Shown here one piece after another: positions 19,711 to 29,898 of a stretch of DNA of 64,000 bases. The stretch is from an uncultured archaeon. Lineage in GTDB: Archaea; Asgardarchaeota; Thorarchaeia; Thorarchaeales; Thorarchaeaceae. The translations under genes were made by a program, and so were the position numbers. The notes below the pieces were generated by a model. It did no database searches and had not been told where the DNA came from. It saw only the letters and a program-made list of their open reading frames with translations. The stretch's first letter is position 1. Each line of letters opens with the position of its first letter. The stretch is taken from contig CAYWJO010000004.1 in the NCBI GenBank assembly GCA_964458565.1, positions 32,001 through 96,000 of the forward strand. Reading direction: 5' to 3'.

Positions 19711-21378
19711 ATGGAGATTTATCCGATTCTAGTTGATGGCGAAGAAATCGATACTGGTACGTATTCGATTTTTCCCGATATGAACAAAGTCATTGCAGAT
19801 CCGGGGCTCGCAATTGCGCTACAATTGAGAGAGGCTTCAAGTGGACAGCAATTTGTCTTCTCCAAACTGCCACAGCTAATAACCTCAAAAACTGCTGAAA
19901 TGAAATATCTACGTGACTACCGAAAATATCATGGAGTACCAAAATATTCCAAGGACGAACTTGATGAAGTTGTTTTTGCGAAGGTAGCCATTTCTCGTGA
20001 GGTCGATATTGAACGTGCAATAGCTGCAGGCAAGAGGGATCATGAGAAACTTTTCAATCCATTCAATCATCCAAAGATGGGACTCACACTTCAGGAACGA
20101 GCGGATGCAATTTTTGAAGCAGGCGAATCACTTAGAAAACGCTGGACTGACCTAAGTGATATATCAGTCAAGGAAGGAATGCCAATAAAGACATTAAAAT
20201 GGGCTTGGGACTTGAAGGCATGGCAAGATTACCGTGCTTCCATTGATGAGTGGGCAAGTCTTCTTGATGTAATAGAAAAACCCGCTGTTGATGGAGGTAA
20301 GAATTACAGATTTCGAGAACCTTATGGAGTTGCCGCCTTATTTCCACCGTATAATGCGCCAATCGCTCTTGGAATCTTCAGCATTACCTCTTCGCTCCTT
20401 GCTGGTAACGCCTCCCTCTTGAAACCCCCTAATAAAGTTCCGCTGAGTATTATTTTCTTTGCTCAAATCTATTTAGAAAAATTCCTTGAGCTGGGACTTC
20501 CTCCGACATTGATCCAAGTATTGACAGGTGGTGGGAAACGGATGATGAATCGATTCATGTCAGATCCGCGTGTTAGTGCTATTGCCTGGTATGGTGATAG
20601 TGATACTGGATTCAATCTTTGGGCAAAAGCAATACAACGACGAATTCAGATGGCACCTGAGCTTGCAGGAAGTGATGCGTTTCTTGTTTGGGGAAATGAT
20701 GTTGATTTAGAAAAAGCTGTTGATTTAATTGTGAGTGGTAGATATCTTGGTAGCGGACAAGCTTGCATGGCTGTGAAGCGATTACTTGTTCAAGAATCCT
20801 TGCATGATGACTTGGTAGAACTAATAGTTGAAGAAGTTGAAAAACTGAAGATGGGTTTGCCATCAGATCCGGAGGTTACTCTACCACCTGTTGGACTTAC
20901 TGCACTATATCTATTGATTGACCAAATCAAAGATGCTTCTTCAAAAGGAGCAAAAATTGAAACTGGCGGTTACAGATGCAATTACCTTTCAGAACCGGAC
21001 TTAGCTGGATTATTCTACAAACCAACAGTATTGACTAATGTTACAACCGATATGCGAATCATGAACGAAGAGGTATTCGCACCTGCACTTCCGATAATGC
21101 CTGTTGAGAGCGTAGATTCTGCATTAAAAATTGCGAATAATTCCCGATTTGGCTTACGTTCGTCTGTCTTTACTACTGATATTAATGTCCGTCGTAGATG
21201 GGTAAAAGAAATTCAAGCTGCTGGTGTTGGAATAGGTGCAGACCACGTTTACTATGATCCCTACATGCCGCATTTAGGCGGATACAAAGATTCTGGCATA
21301 ATTGGTGGAAAATACTTCACCACAATGTTATCAAGAATGAAATATGTACATACAAGCCCAGAATCTGGGATTTTCTAA
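19711..21378 (+). CDS. Aldehyde dehydrogenase family protein
   Basis: REPYGV..F.PYNAP, AGN...KP, catalytic ELAG, GQAC and EEVFAP motifs. Confidence 0.9.
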   Translation: MEIYPILVDGEEIDTGTYSIFPDMNKVIADPGLAIALQLREASSGQQFVFSKLPQLITSKTAEMKYLRDYRKYHGVPKYSKDELDEVVFAKVAISREVDIERAIAAGKRDHEKLFNPFNHPKMGLTLQERADAIFEAGESLRKRWTDLSDISVKEGMPIKTLKWAWDLKAWQDYRASIDEWASLLDVIEKPAVDGGKNYRFREPYGVAALFPPYNAPIALGIFSITSSLLAGNASLLKPPNKVPLSIIFFAQIYLEKFLELGLPPTLIQVLTGGGKRMMNRFMSDPRVSAIAWYGDSDTGFNLWAKAIQRRIQMAPELAGSDAFLVWGNDVDLEKAVDLIVSGRYLGSGQACMAVKRLLVQESLHDDLVELIVEEVEKLKMGLPSDPEVTLPPVGLTALYLLIDQIKDASSKGAKIETGGYRCNYLSEPDLAGLFYKPTVLTNVTTDMRIMNEEVFAPALPIMPVESVDSALKIANNSRFGLRSSVFTTDINVRRRWVKEIQAAGVGIGADHVYYDPYMPHLGGYKDSGIIGGKYFTTMLSRMKYVHTSPESGIF

Positions 21379-21431
21379 AAACGGTTATTGACCCCAACGA
21401 TTAACAAGGTGAATTGAGATAAAATACTATC

Positions 21432-22769
21432 TTGAGATTAAATGAGGTGAATTTCGAATTCACTCTATACAGGCGTGCTCGGGAGGCGACTATCCGTGCA
21501 TTAGAACGATATAGTGCTGAAAATCTCACTATGAGATCCATACTTAGGGATAGTCTCAGTATTGGTCTAACTTCAGATATCAGAAGTACGGTATTCTCAC
21601 TGACTTTAGGCGTTATCAGGTATCTAAATACAATCGATTATTTGTTGACACAATCACAACCTAAACTGATTTCGGTTCTTGACTCACATTCACTTCAACA
21701 ACTTCGTCTTGGTGTTTATGAATCAAAATGGCTTAACATCCCAATTGAAAGAATTAAGTCAGCATACGTAGATGACAAGACCCTCTTTAAGATAGTAGAG
21801 AGAGCAATTGAGGTAAATTTGAAGAACATCATTAAAGACATGCCTAAGATAAATTCAATGAGCCTTCAATATTCGCATCCGACATTTCTTATAGAAACCC
21901 TTCTGGAGAAGATAGGTGAACAAGAAACCGTATCTCTGTTGAAATCAAATAATTCTCCTAGATGTTATTATGCACGTCCCAACTTAATGAAAACGGATGT
22001 AGACTCTCTATCAGCGGAACTTGCATCGCTAGGTATCATTGTAACTCCTGACCCTGATATTGAGAATCTGTTAAAATTGGATGGCTCTTTAGAAGAATTG
22101 GAATCATCTAATCTGTATAATGCTGGAAATCTCGTCCTTCAGGATAAAGGTAGTCTATTAGTAGTTCGGGCTGTTAATCCAAAATCCGGTGAAACAATCT
22201 TTGATGTATGTTCTGCTCCTGGAGGAAAGACACAATATATCTGGGAACTCATGAATAGGGAAGGACGTTTGGTTGCAGGAGATTTCTATCTTAATAGGAT
22301 TCAGGACGCAAAGAAACGACTAGAGAAATTAGGTGAATGGGGGATACAGTGGATTCAGCATGATGGTGCTTCTTCCAGCATAAACGAGGTAAGCAAAATA
22401 CTGATTGATGCACCATGCACTTCAACTGGGATGATAAAGACGCATCCGTCGTTTAAGTGGGCATTAAATAAAGACCGATTAATGACAATGATGACTTTGC
22501 AGAATAAAATCCTTGAAGATATAATAAAGACATATCAGAAGAGCCCTGACACTGAGATAGTTTTTGCTACTTGCTCAGTTCTTCCTCATGAGGGTGAATC
22601 ACAAATAGATTCCATTTTGAAGAAATATCCCATCGAATTAATAGAGCCAGACATTCCGGGCGAAACAGGATATTCAGGTTTTATCTGTTCCTCCAAAGTT
22701 AAACGATTATTTTCTTATAAGCATGAAACGCATGATTTTTTTATTGCTCGTTTTAGAATTAAGAACTAA
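21432..22769 (+). CDS. RsmB/NOP2-type RNA m5C methyltransferase with NusB-like N-terminal domain
   Basis: DVCSAPGGKT, DAPC (motif IV), TCS (motif VI), FFIA; exact start uncertain. Confidence 0.9.
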   Translation: MRLNEVNFEFTLYRRAREATIRALERYSAENLTMRSILRDSLSIGLTSDIRSTVFSLTLGVIRYLNTIDYLLTQSQPKLISVLDSHSLQQLRLGVYESKWLNIPIERIKSAYVDDKTLFKIVERAIEVNLKNIIKDMPKINSMSLQYSHPTFLIETLLEKIGEQETVSLLKSNNSPRCYYARPNLMKTDVDSLSAELASLGIIVTPDPDIENLLKLDGSLEELESSNLYNAGNLVLQDKGSLLVVRAVNPKSGETIFDVCSAPGGKTQYIWELMNREGRLVAGDFYLNRIQDAKKRLEKLGEWGIQWIQHDGASSSINEVSKILIDAPCTSTGMIKTHPSFKWALNKDRLMTMMTLQNKILEDIIKTYQKSPDTEIVFATCSVLPHEGESQIDSILKKYPIELIEPDIPGETGYSGFICSSKVKRLFSYKHETHDFFIARFRIKN

Positions 22770-23700
22770 GTCTTCTCTGAACCGAATCCATCACCCTGCG
22801 TGCGAATTCTCTATCATCTTTGAAGCTCCATGGGATTTTAAAAAACATTACGTTGGCTTTCTGAATATCATCCTCATTGCGCTCAACAAGTGCCCTGAAT
22901 ACAATCTTTGTCCACTGAAAACATGCATCTTCATGAAACTCATGTTGCTTCTCTGAACTTGACACAAATTTCGTAAGATATACCAAGCCTTCCTTCGGTC
23001 TACCCAACATCAATTCTGATAACGCAGCCATGCATGCAAAAGTAATGGCATTAGATGTCATGCCACTATTGGCATAGGTTTCTGCACCTTCTCGATATTC
23101 TCTTGCTTTTTTCTCATATAGACTTCTACCATCAACAATCACAATTTTCGATTCTTCATCCTCTTCTTTCTCAGCCTTTTTGAGTTGAACTCCTCCTAAT
23201 ACAGCGGCTTTCAGTTCAGCTTGCATATCTGCAACATCTGATCCTTCTCTTATCTCCCTCATCTTCTCGATTAGAGATTCTCCTGATTTTACTAGTGCAT
23301 GTTTTATTTCCGGATTTGTTAAGGCTGTATCATTTCTTAGTAATCCAGCCTCATACATACTTCTACCATATCGAAAGAGTTCATATCCCTTATCAAATAG
23401 AGTATTTTCTATTGCAAACTCAATACCCCTGACAATAACCTGTAGCGCGTTATCGGTTTCTTGTAGGTTCTCAAATTGATTTGCTGATTCAGAAACCCAG
23501 AGAAATGCGTCCGTACTATTTTCTTTGATTAGGCTTTGTGCCTTGAAGAGCGCATTATATGCATCAACACACATGACTGCAAGATCCTGTATTGAGCACT
23601 TCGCCTTTACCTCAGCATTCGACAATAAGGTGTTCCTGAGTTTACATCCTGCTCCCTTGGCTGATAACGATAGATACACACAATTGATCTGGGTTTCCAA
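22759..23700 (-). CDS. Hypothetical alpha-helical (TPR-like) protein
   Basis: 313-aa ORF, TTG start after AGGTGA; amphipathic helical repeats. Confidence 0.7.
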   Translation of the reverse strand: METQINCVYLSLSAKGAGCKLRNTLLSNAEVKAKCSIQDLAVMCVDAYNALFKAQSLIKENSTDAFLWVSESANQFENLQETDNALQVIVRGIEFAIENTLFDKGYELFRYGRSMYEAGLLRNDTALTNPEIKHALVKSGESLIEKMREIREGSDVADMQAELKAAVLGGVQLKKAEKEEDEESKIVIVDGRSLYEKKAREYREGAETYANSGMTSNAITFACMAALSELMLGRPKEGLVYLTKFVSSSEKQHEFHEDACFQWTKIVFRALVERNEDDIQKANVMFFKIPWSFKDDREFARRVMDSVQRRLSS

Positions 23701-23818
23701 TGAATAATCACCTAATTGTTTCTTGCTTTTCTGTTGACTTCAAACCCTAAAAAACCATCCTCGTTGTATCGTTATCCTTTTCAACGAATAGTCTTGCTCC
23801 AGATGGGAGGCAATTGAT

Positions 23819-24217
23819 GTGTCTGATGACGATCCTGAGTTGGCAATGTTGCGAAGAAAGAAGATGTCGCAATTCATTACTCGTGAGAAAAAAGCTCAGG
23901 AAACTAGAGAACATCAAGAGAAAGTTGGCGCTGAACGAGCTAAACTACTGAACCGCTTCTTAGAGCCTGAAGCGCTGAAATACCTTGACCATCTCAAAAC
24001 GAATGAGCCCTCGGTAGGAACACGAATTGAAGAAGTCATCCTCTACTTGATTGTTTACCGTGGTCTTCGTCAAGTTATAAAACAACTTGATATTAGGTAC
24101 ATCGAACGCCAAATCAAGGGTGAAGGGCCAACTATAAAAGTACAAAGAGATGGTGAAACTTCCGATTTTGGTTCATACGTTCGGGATGCATTGAAGAAAA
24201 ATCAAGAACAGAACTAG
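23819..24217 (+). CDS. PDCD5/MTH1615-like DNA-binding protein
   Basis: DDPELAMLRRKKM N-terminus and LL..LEPEA..L..L...P pattern. Confidence 0.7.
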   Translation: MSDDDPELAMLRRKKMSQFITREKKAQETREHQEKVGAERAKLLNRFLEPEALKYLDHLKTNEPSVGTRIEEVILYLIVYRGLRQVIKQLDIRYIERQIKGEGPTIKVQRDGETSDFGSYVRDALKKNQEQN

Positions 24218-24225
24218 TAATCAGC

Positions 24226-25113
24226 TTATGTTCGACTCTTCCATTCTCGAATTTTGTATTTCAACTCCTCCTTGTCGCCCTCCTGTTTATTCCAGATTGA
24301 CGAAGTTCTTCGCATTTCAAACATGAGAGAACCTCCACGAGAGAGTTTTTGTTCTAGAATTTCTGCAGCGCTCTCCAATGCACGTGCTACACTCTCTCCT
24401 CCTTCAGTTCTTTCAACTATACTCTCTAATGAATCAAAAATTTGACTCGGTTGAGAGACCTTCCACTCCTCAACAGGTGCTTCGATTACTCGATATTTCT
24501 TTGCTGGAATTACTGTAGTTCCTTCCCTAATTTCTAATTCTCCTTCATTTTGGAGTGATTCGCAGAGAGTAATAGCTTCTGACATATCTGTGACTAGAAT
24601 GGCCGCTATTTCGTCAAGACGAACATGACGTCGTTGTAAAACAAGGCTCAAAATCCGATATTTCGGGTCTCCAATTTCCATCACAATCTCTCTAAGTTTC
24701 TCTGTAGCATCAGGTTCATTGTTGATGACTGCTGAAGCTGCTGCTGATAGAGTTCTCAAATCTCTTTGAAGTGCCTCAATCAATCTTTCCGAATCTACCA
24801 GCTGTTGTTTGAGTGAGTACTCATCTCCACCAGGTTGTTTCCTACTCAAAACTTGTGTCTGTTCAGCTTTCATTGTCTGAACTTCACGACCTACAGAGTC
24901 CAATGCTCCTTTATATTTTTGAATCTCTCCTCTAAGCATTTGTATCTCGCTATCCCGCGAAACAACATCACTTTCTAATGATGCCACACGAGTCTTCAAT
25001 TCATTCGCTCTTCCATAACTACCACTTAATTGTGCTTCAAGTGATTGCATTTTTTGATTTAGTTGGGCAATCTGCATGGTTTTATCGCGAAGTTTTTCAT
25101 TCAAATCTGACAT
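24226..25113 (-). CDS. Coiled-coil protein with winged-helix and helical C-terminal domains
   Basis: Heptad-rich N-terminal half; then DPKYRILSLVLQRRHVRLDEIAAIL...LCESLQNEGELEI, a wHTH pattern; ATG at 25113 avoids overlap with tatD. Confidence 0.7.
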   Translation of the reverse strand: MSDLNEKLRDKTMQIAQLNQKMQSLEAQLSGSYGRANELKTRVASLESDVVSRDSEIQMLRGEIQKYKGALDSVGREVQTMKAEQTQVLSRKQPGGDEYSLKQQLVDSERLIEALQRDLRTLSAAASAVINNEPDATEKLREIVMEIGDPKYRILSLVLQRRHVRLDEIAAILVTDMSEAITLCESLQNEGELEIREGTTVIPAKKYRVIEAPVEEWKVSQPSQIFDSLESIVERTEGGESVARALESAAEILEQKLSRGGSLMFEMRRTSSIWNKQEGDKEELKYKIREWKSRT

Positions 25114-25193
25114 AATACAACCCAGCAGGTGTAGTCCTAAGTCTAGAGTTAAAAAGGAAATCTCGGGTGAGCTCCTCACAGGATGAATCTTAC

Positions 25194-25946
25194 ATGGAAT
25201 TGTTTGATGCCCACACACATATCGATATGAAGCATTATCAAAATGATCGAGAACGAGTCATAGGTCGTGCTAAGGATGCTGGTGTGATTGGTATGGTGAC
25301 CTCATCGATTGGTGTAGGATCATTTAGAAGAACCCTGGGCATTGTCGAGAAACATAAGAACTATATCTATCAAACTGCAGGCTGCAGCGTATCCCAATTG
25401 AAATCTGATGAAGCTGATTCTATCATCCAGCTTACACGTAAATATTCTACAAAAATTGTTGCTGTTGGTGAAGTTGGGCTTGACTATCATTGGATTAAAG
25501 ACTATGCAGGACGCACAGCCCAAGAACCGCTCTTCTTGAAATTCATTGAACTGGCATCGGAACTTGAGCTACCTCTTGTTATTCATTCACGGAAAGCAGA
25601 GAAGGACGCAACAGACCTCCTTGAGAAACATTTCAGTGGAAGTGTTCTCATGCATTGTTATGATGGTGATTCTTCTGTCACCAATCGGATAATATCCAAT
25701 GGCTGGTCAATTACTCTTCCTGCTAATTTTAATCGATATAGAAACAGAATTGAAGCTGCTAAAACTGTGCCTCTTGAACAGATCCTTCTAGAAACAGATG
25801 GTCCCTATCTCTCACCCATTGAAGGACGCAATGAGCCATCCAATGTAAAATATGGGTGTAAATCTCTTTCCGACTTGCTAGAAATTGATGTTGATGATGT
25901 GGCATCTCAGACTACAGCTAATGCGAAAAAATTCTATGGAATTTGA
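25194..25946 (+). CDS. tatD: TatD family DNase
   Basis: DAHTH, GEVGLDY, PLVIHSR, HCY and LLETDGPYL motifs. Confidence 0.93.
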   Translation: MELFDAHTHIDMKHYQNDRERVIGRAKDAGVIGMVTSSIGVGSFRRTLGIVEKHKNYIYQTAGCSVSQLKSDEADSIIQLTRKYSTKIVAVGEVGLDYHWIKDYAGRTAQEPLFLKFIELASELELPLVIHSRKAEKDATDLLEKHFSGSVLMHCYDGDSSVTNRIISNGWSITLPANFNRYRNRIEAAKTVPLEQILLETDGPYLSPIEGRNEPSNVKYGCKSLSDLLEIDVDDVASQTTANAKKFYGI

Positions 25947-25947
25947 T

Positions 25948-26139
25948 TTACTCTACCATTTCTGGGTGCAGTACATCTGTAATTGACCCTCTACTATCAA
26001 GATTAACGTAGAAATAATGATCCTTGTGCGTTATTTTAGTGCTTATTGGAAATCTCTTGGCACTTTTTACTATCTTTGATGCAACCTCGATTGGAGTAAT
26101 CTCCTCACACACCGGGCATCTTACTAATTTCTTAACCAT
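25948..26139 (-). CDS. Small putative Zn-binding protein
   Basis: CPVC...HKDH.FYVNLD pattern; tightly packed between its neighbours. Confidence 0.65.
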   Translation of the reverse strand: MVKKLVRCPVCEEITPIEVASKIVKSAKRFPISTKITHKDHYFYVNLDSRGSITDVLHPEMVE

Positions 26140-26151
26140 GATTCAGTCCCC

Positions 26152-26565
26152 CTAAGATGGCTTTGCTACTTTTGAGTCCTCACTCAATATCATTCTTGCA
26201 CTATACTCTTTTGGCTCTTTCAATGCATTTGTAAATAGTGTGATTATCTCATCAGCTGAAAATGAATCTAAAACATCATTATCGGTTCCAACAATACGAA
26301 GGTTTTCATATACGCCTGATTCTGCAAGGATTCGAAATTTCTGGTTATTGCGCTGGAATGTGAGAACAAGAAAATCCGCAAAATCTTTGAACTCATCTTT
26401 TGGGCCTCGCATTTTTCCGTTCATTCGTTCTACGAGATTCTGTCCAATTATATTTTCAAGTAGATAAGCGCGAATTATCTGATTACCAACTTTTCTTCTT
26501 ATATCTAAAAACTCATGTACTGTATTATCAGAGAGGGTTAATTTCCAAGTTTTTGTCTTTGTCAC
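26152..26565 (-). CDS. Hypothetical protein
   Basis: 137-aa ORF, co-oriented and 12 nt upstream of the small Zn protein. Confidence 0.65.
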   Translation of the reverse strand: MTKTKTWKLTLSDNTVHEFLDIRRKVGNQIIRAYLLENIIGQNLVERMNGKMRGPKDEFKDFADFLVLTFQRNNQKFRILAESGVYENLRIVGTDNDVLDSFSADEIITLFTNALKEPKEYSARMILSEDSKVAKPS

Positions 26566-26732
26566 TTCATCATCAGCTCAGACTTCACTGTACCATGCGA
26601 TTTAATATGGACTTATTTGTTTTATAGAGCTTCTTTGTGGGTCTTACCAATTTTTCGTACACGGAATAGCTTTATTTGTTAGGATGCCTATCCACCGATA
26701 AGACTGATTCAACTACTGGTGGTTAGAATACG

Positions 26733-27419
26733 ATGTTGCAAACAGTAGACATGGCTATTCGTGAAGTTCATATTGGATTGTGGTTTCTAGTCGTAGGATA
26801 TTATTTCTATATCTTCATATTCCTTTTCTTCTACAGATGGCGTAAGACGCATAATCCATTTCAGCTTGCAATGTCTCTGTTCTTTCTATTATTAGCTATC
26901 GGTAGAGTGTTTTATTTCGTGAACGATTACTATGCTGAGTTTCTAGGTATGGACCCTACAATGAATATTGGTTTGCAGGGTGGCGCCTTCTTCCAATGGA
27001 TGGCTCTGGCTCTGCTTTCTGCAACTGCCGGATTCATGATTTTTGGAAAGAGATGGGCGGAAATTGCTTTTGCTGTACCAGCTATAGGGATTGCCGTAAT
27101 TCTAGCTCTATTTCCTCTTGATGAAGCACTTCGTCAGATTATCACTGGTGGTGCTGGGGCGATTTATGCGCTGTTCATACCATTACTATTCTGGTATCTT
27201 GCTTGGCAATCTGGAGGAATATTACGGGAATCGAATTTTATACTTGGTCTCGGTTTCTTCGTACTCTTTGCTGGTCGTTTGATTCATTCAGCTCGTAATG
27301 AACTTGCCACATTCTTCTTTGGGGGATCAATTACGATACCTGGTATACTCGCTCCTGGTTTAATCGTAGTCGCTCTTATACTGATCGCAGCAGGGAATGA
27401 ACGAGCACAATCGCAATAG
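26733..27419 (+). CDS. Polytopic (about 7 TM) membrane protein
   Basis: About seven hydrophobic segments with short loops. Confidence 0.75.
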   Translation: MLQTVDMAIREVHIGLWFLVVGYYFYIFIFLFFYRWRKTHNPFQLAMSLFFLLLAIGRVFYFVNDYYAEFLGMDPTMNIGLQGGAFFQWMALALLSATAGFMIFGKRWAEIAFAVPAIGIAVILALFPLDEALRQIITGGAGAIYALFIPLLFWYLAWQSGGILRESNFILGLGFFVLFAGRLIHSARNELATFFFGGSITIPGILAPGLIVVALILIAAGNERAQSQ

Positions 27420-27486
27420 ATTGACCAAGTTAAAATCAGATGAAATCAAGAAGTAGTGAGATATAGGAAAAAGGAAATGCTCGAAG

Positions 27487-28101
27487 TTATTCTCCTATTT
27501 CCTTCCATTCAAGCATCTTCAGGTCTTCAAGGGTGTGGATTGCTTTCTGTACGTCTTTCATTTTGAATCCTAATTGATCAGCAATGTCTAAAGAAGTTAA
27601 TTTTCCCTTGCACATTTGAGCGACATCATAGGTTTCTTGTGTTAACTGTCCAAGACGTACAAGCATTGGAGATACCTTTCCTTTTAAAATTGGAACAATT
27701 GTTTTCAATTCTGAAGCTTTTCCATTTTTTGTAATGTCATCAAGCAGAGGACGAAACTTATCAAATGGTTCAAGATTACCATCCCAGCTATCAAGTATAT
27801 TTTCGTACATTCCAACAAATGCATTGTTGACTTCAGCTAGAACTGCCATTGCAGCATTCCCATCATCGGTCTTATCAACTGATGCAGCAACGATCACGTT
27901 CTCTTTGAGAGAGAGGCATATGTCAAAGACGCCGAAGTCAATTACATGAACTCGATTTCCTTCACTTAACTCTCTACCAAACTGAATGAGTGCTGTAAGG
28001 AACCCACTGATTAAATTCGGGTCCATCTCGGCCTCTCCATATTTCCTATCGAGTACACAAAGGCCACTGTCGGCAATGAGAATGTAGATGGCTTGAATCA
28101 A
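27487..28101 (-). CDS. Longin-like domain + C-terminal winged helix protein
   Basis: IYIL..DSGLC...Y....DPNLISGFLTALIQFGREL longin pattern; C-terminal CKGKLTSLDIADQLG....VQKAIHTLEDLKMLEW wHTH. Confidence 0.75.
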   Translation of the reverse strand: MIQAIYILIADSGLCVLDRKYGEAEMDPNLISGFLTALIQFGRELSEGNRVHVIDFGVFDICLSLKENVIVAASVDKTDDGNAAMAVLAEVNNAFVGMYENILDSWDGNLEPFDKFRPLLDDITKNGKASELKTIVPILKGKVSPMLVRLGQLTQETYDVAQMCKGKLTSLDIADQLGFKMKDVQKAIHTLEDLKMLEWKEIGE

Positions 28102-28231
28102 CGTACATATCTCCGTCAGGACTACTTAAACGAATTAAACCTTCAAGCTTTATATCACTTCTCGTTTCATACTCAACCTTTTATCGAGTGCTTTATCAGG
28201 TATTTGCACACTTGTGAATTTGGTGAGATGA

Positions 28232-28930
28232 TTGGATACTGCAAAGGATGCTAGAATTTTAGTGTTAGAAGATGCTCTCCGACGTTTAAATGAAGTAGTA
28301 AATAATAGGAAACTAAAATTTCATATTGAGTATTCAAAACTAGGACAAGCACTCAAGGTTGCTGGTTCTTTAATCTACGAGGTGAAATACAGTTATCAGT
28401 CAGCTGAGCAACTCGCAGATTCGGAGGCAACCAAGAACCTGGTTGAAGCTATCTCAGACTTCGAATCATTATTTGAACAATCTTTTACTTCGTCAGCTTT
28501 TTCCCCAAAGACCCTAAATGATAAACTCGTCCTGGCTGAAGTCAGATACTCTCTCCGGATTGTTAGGAGATTTCCAGAGAAACTTCGCCATTTTGATGAT
28601 GACCCTGCGTATGCAATCGACGTTCTCGCTGTAGAAGTAACGCAAATACAACCTGTGAAAGATTCAGATAAGCTCACTGAATGTAGATGTACAGATGGAT
28701 CCAGGATTTGGCCAATCGTCACAAACATTCAAAATATCAAACAGGGAACGAAGCTCGTATGCGGTGTACTTCCTCCTGTAGAAATGATGGGTGTAATAAG
28801 CGAAGCTATGTTCTTGGGAGGCGAATTACTTGCTGATTCGGTTGATTTAGGACTTCTAGATGCCATTCCCGCATCTGCAATGAATCAAGCTAGAGCACAA
28901 GTTCTAGAAATCACGAAGAGGATGACCTAG
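28232..28930 (+). CDS. tRNA-binding OB-fold protein (Trbp111/MetRS-C-like) with helical N-domain
   Basis: DTAKD.R N-terminus; IVTN...LPP..MMGVISEAMFLG C-terminal domain. Confidence 0.8.
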   Translation: MDTAKDARILVLEDALRRLNEVVNNRKLKFHIEYSKLGQALKVAGSLIYEVKYSYQSAEQLADSEATKNLVEAISDFESLFEQSFTSSAFSPKTLNDKLVLAEVRYSLRIVRRFPEKLRHFDDDPAYAIDVLAVEVTQIQPVKDSDKLTECRCTDGSRIWPIVTNIQNIKQGTKLVCGVLPPVEMMGVISEAMFLGGELLADSVDLGLLDAIPASAMNQARAQVLEITKRMT

Positions 28931-29269
28931 ATGGATCTGAATGATATACAGGAAGCCTTCAAGCTGTTCTTGAGAGAACGCAATTGGAATAAATTCTCGG
29001 CTTCTCAGGTCTTCACTCATCTTGTAGAAGAGTTAGGGGAAATTTCCAGACATATATCCATAGAAGAAGGATACAAGATTGTAGGTATTGGACATGAGGA
29101 TTTGTCTAAAGAGGAGTTACCAAGAGAGTTCGCTCAGGCATTCAATCTCTTTTTGCAATTAGCCATCCATTTTGATATTGAATTGGAAACAAGCTTTTTA
29201 GAAGAACTTGAACGAATGCGAGTGAGATTTCCGGCTGAGAAATGGCGTGAAGCTCTGAAAGATAAATGA
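28931..29269 (+). CDS. MazG-like nucleotide pyrophosphohydrolase
   Basis: HLVEELGEI...E.A pattern of all-alpha NTP pyrophosphatases. Confidence 0.82.
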   Translation: MDLNDIQEAFKLFLRERNWNKFSASQVFTHLVEELGEISRHISIEEGYKIVGIGHEDLSKEELPREFAQAFNLFLQLAIHFDIELETSFLEELERMRVRFPAEKWREALKDK

Positions 29270-29293
29270 ATTGAATCTCTCTTTTTTTAATTC

Positions 29294-29740
29294 CTAGCTC
29301 ATTCTTTTTCTTGCTTCGAGTGCTTTCTTAGCCATATCCTCTAGGTCCTTTGTGGCTGCTAATAGGCCTAGCGCTTTGTTTTGCACTACTTGAATGTTTG
29401 ATTCCTTTGCCCATTGTGCAAGACCTGTCACCAATGGTCCTAATGCAGTTCTAGCCGCTTCAACTGTACCAACAGCTTTCCCCAGGAGTTCAACAGCAAA
29501 CTCTTTCTCCTTTCCAGATTCAGCAACACGAAGCCATACTAACGCATGAATCATATAAAGTGCATCAAGCATCAGTGTGGGTGATTTCGGGTTTTCTTGC
29601 ACCTTTTTCAGAAGTCGTTCTTGTCTGCTCTCGAAAACTTCCTTGAAATAACCAAATGCTTTCTTATCATTACCCTTGTCAAGTTCAATAATCCCTTTCT
29701 GTAGCTTCTCGTCGCTTTCAGACACCGCGGCACTCTCCAA
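29294..29740 (-). CDS. Hypothetical helical protein
   Basis: 148-aa helical ORF; no motif recognised. Confidence 0.6.
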   Translation of the reverse strand: MESAAVSESDEKLQKGIIELDKGNDKKAFGYFKEVFESRQERLLKKVQENPKSPTLMLDALYMIHALVWLRVAESGKEKEFAVELLGKAVGTVEAARTALGPLVTGLAQWAKESNIQVVQNKALGLLAATKDLEDMAKKALEARKRMS

Positions 29741-29898
29741 TGTTATATTTTCTCTATCGTGATGATATGCAGAGATACTTATGAGTTTCTACTTTAGTAT
29801 ACTAAAGTCAATGTGTTACATAACATCATTGGTTCAGAAGGTTTAATACTCTCCCGATTTTGCATATCTCTCATTCAATCTGCTTGGGGTGTCTAATA

